64,000 nt of DNA from the human T2T-CHM13v2.0 reference genome, Homo sapiens, in assembly GCF_009914755.1 (NCBI RefSeq), contig NC_060941.1; one strand, given 5' to 3'. This document shows positions 62,501 through 64,000 of the stretch, one piece after another (within the stretch, counting starts at the first letter, position 1; the number at the start of each line of letters is the position of its first letter). Position numbers and translations under genes: made by a program. The notes under the pieces are model-generated. The model made no database searches. It saw nothing but the letters and a program-made list of their open reading frames with translations, and was not told the origin of the DNA.

Positions 62501-64000
62501 TCTCTGTGATGTTTGTGTTCAACTCCCAGAGTTTCACATTGCTTTTCATAGAGTAGTTCTGAAACATGCTTTTCGTAGTGTCTGCAAGTGGACATTTGGA
62601 GCGCTTTCAGGCCTGTGGTGGAAAACGAATTATGGTCCCATAAAAACTGGAGAGAAGCATTGTCAGAAACTTCTTTGTGATGATTGCATTCAACTCACAG
62701 AGATGAAGGTTCCTTTACAAACAGCAGTTTCCAAACACTCTTTCTGTGGAATCTGCAAGTGGATATTTGGACCTCTTTGAAGATTTCGTTGGAAACGGGA
62801 GAATCTTCACAGAAAAGCTAAACAGAAGCATTCTCAGAAACTTCTTTGTGATGCTTGCATTCAACTCACAGAGTTGAACTTTCCTTTCGAGAGAGAAGCT
62901 TTGAAACACTCTTTTTCCAGAATCTGCAAGTGGACATTTGGAGGGCTTTGAGGCCTGTGGTGGAAAAGGAATTAACTTCCCGTAAAAGCTAGATAGAAGC
63001 ATTCTCAGAAACTACTTTGTGATGATTGCATTCAAGTCACAGAGTTGAACATTCCCTTTGACAGAGCAGTTTGGAAACTCTCTTTGTGTAGAATCTGCAA
63101 GTGGAGATATGGACCGCTTTGAGGCCTATGGTAGTAAAGGAAATAGCTTCATATAAAAGCTAGACAGTAGCATTCACAGAAAACTCTTGGTGACGACTGA
63201 GTTTAACTCACAGAGCTGAACATTCCTTTGGATGGAGCAGTTTCGAAACACACTATTTGTAGAATGTGCAAGTGGATATTTGGGCCTCTCTGAGGATTTC
63301 GTTGGAAACGGGATAAACCGCACAGAAATAAACAGAAGCATTCTCAGAACCTTCTTCGTGATGTTTGCATTCAACTCACAGTGTTGAACCTTTCTTTGAT
63401 AGTTCAGGTTTGAAACGGTCTTTCTGTAGAAACTGCAAGTAGATATTTGGACCTCTCTGAGGATTTCGTTGGAAACGGGATAAACCGCACAGAACTAAAA
63501 CAGAAGCATTCTCAGAACCCTCTTCGTGATGTTTGCATTCAACTCACAGTGCTGAACCTTTCTTTGATAGTTCAGCTTTGAAACACTCTTCTTGTAGAAA
63601 CTGCAAGTGGATATTTGGTCCTCTCTGAGGATTTCGTTGGAAACGGGATAAACCGCACAGAACTAAACAGAAGCATTCTCAGAACCTTCTTCGTGATGTC
63701 TGCATTCAACTCACAGTGTGGAACATTTCTTTGATAGTTCAGGTTTGAAACTCTCTTTTTGTAGAAACTGCAAGGGGATAATTGCACTTCTTTGAGGCCT
63801 ACCGTAGTAAAGGAAATAACTTCCTATAGAAAGAAGACAGAAGCTTTCTCAGAAAATCCTTTGGGATGATTGAGTGGAACTCACAGAGCTGAACATTCCT
63901 TGCGATGTAGCAGTTTAGAAACACACTTTCTGCAGAATCTGCAAGTGCATATTTGGACCTCTCTGAGGAATTCGTTGGAAACGGGATAATTTCAGCTGAC

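Larger units (their letters stand above)
1..64000 (+). repeat. D17Z1: Alpha-satellite higher-order repeat array, 16-mer/2715 bp, about 23.6 copies; most likely human chr17 centromeric D17Z1 (SF3)
   Basis: Alphoid motifs (CATTCTCAGAAACTT, TGCATTCAACTCACAGAGTTGAAC, TTCGTTGGAAACGGGA) recur about every 170 bp. Sequence and ORF track repeat every 2715 bp (ORFs at 271, 2986, 5701...), with one 2714 step. A single GAATTC occurs per unit (1524, 4239, 6954 ... 63968). A 2.7-kb EcoRI 16-mer with a triplicated monomer is the established D17Z1 organisation. Satellite class is certain; the chromosome assignment is from recall, not a database search. Confidence 0.95.

Noticed and set aside
2443-63725. Isolated singleton substitutions (2443, 2727, 9417, 17286, 17555, 19384, 28590, 32640, 33560, 39790, 42645, 59313, 60313, 63725)
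   Set aside because: Expected background divergence between HOR copies; useful only as mapping markers.
271-63787. All other ORFs in the track (66-142 aa, both strands)
   Set aside because: They are chance open frames in alphoid monomers, repeated only because the HOR is repeated; no recognisable domains.
1-64000. CRISPR-like or other prokaryotic repeat-spacer system
   Set aside because: There are no unique spacers; the entire monomer is homologous and the pattern recurs every 2715 bp. No cas or other genes are present.
1-64000. L1/Alu/LTR insertion, inversion or non-satellite island hidden in the array
   Set aside because: The register is conserved to within 1 bp from start to end, leaving no room for an insertion. 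No poly-A tails, target-site duplications or strand switch were seen.

Overview
The whole 64 kb window is one uninterrupted, head-to-tail array of primate alpha-satellite DNA (167-171 bp monomers), all in one orientation. The monomers form a 16-monomer, 2715-bp higher-order repeat (HOR), present as about 23.6 nearly identical copies. Unit length, one EcoRI site per unit, a pentameric (suprachromosomal family 3, SF3) substructure and an internal triplicated monomer match the human chromosome 17 centromeric array D17Z1 (p17H8-type 16-mer). I see no genes, RNA genes, transposons or CRISPR arrays; the supplied ORFs are artefacts of the satellite. I found no new gene-based system. What remains is the array's recent history, read from variants between copies: a haplotype boundary with a mappable crossover, 2-HOR (5430 bp) duplications, mutation clusters (one destroys both a CENP-B box and an EcoRI site), long-range allele sharing and a fixed rearrangement scar. 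Unit numbering: U1=1-2715, U2=2716-5430 and so on; U12=29866-32579 (2714 bp), U13 starts 32580, U24=62445-64000 (partial). Variants were read by eye and cross-checked against the ORF track, so some may have been missed.
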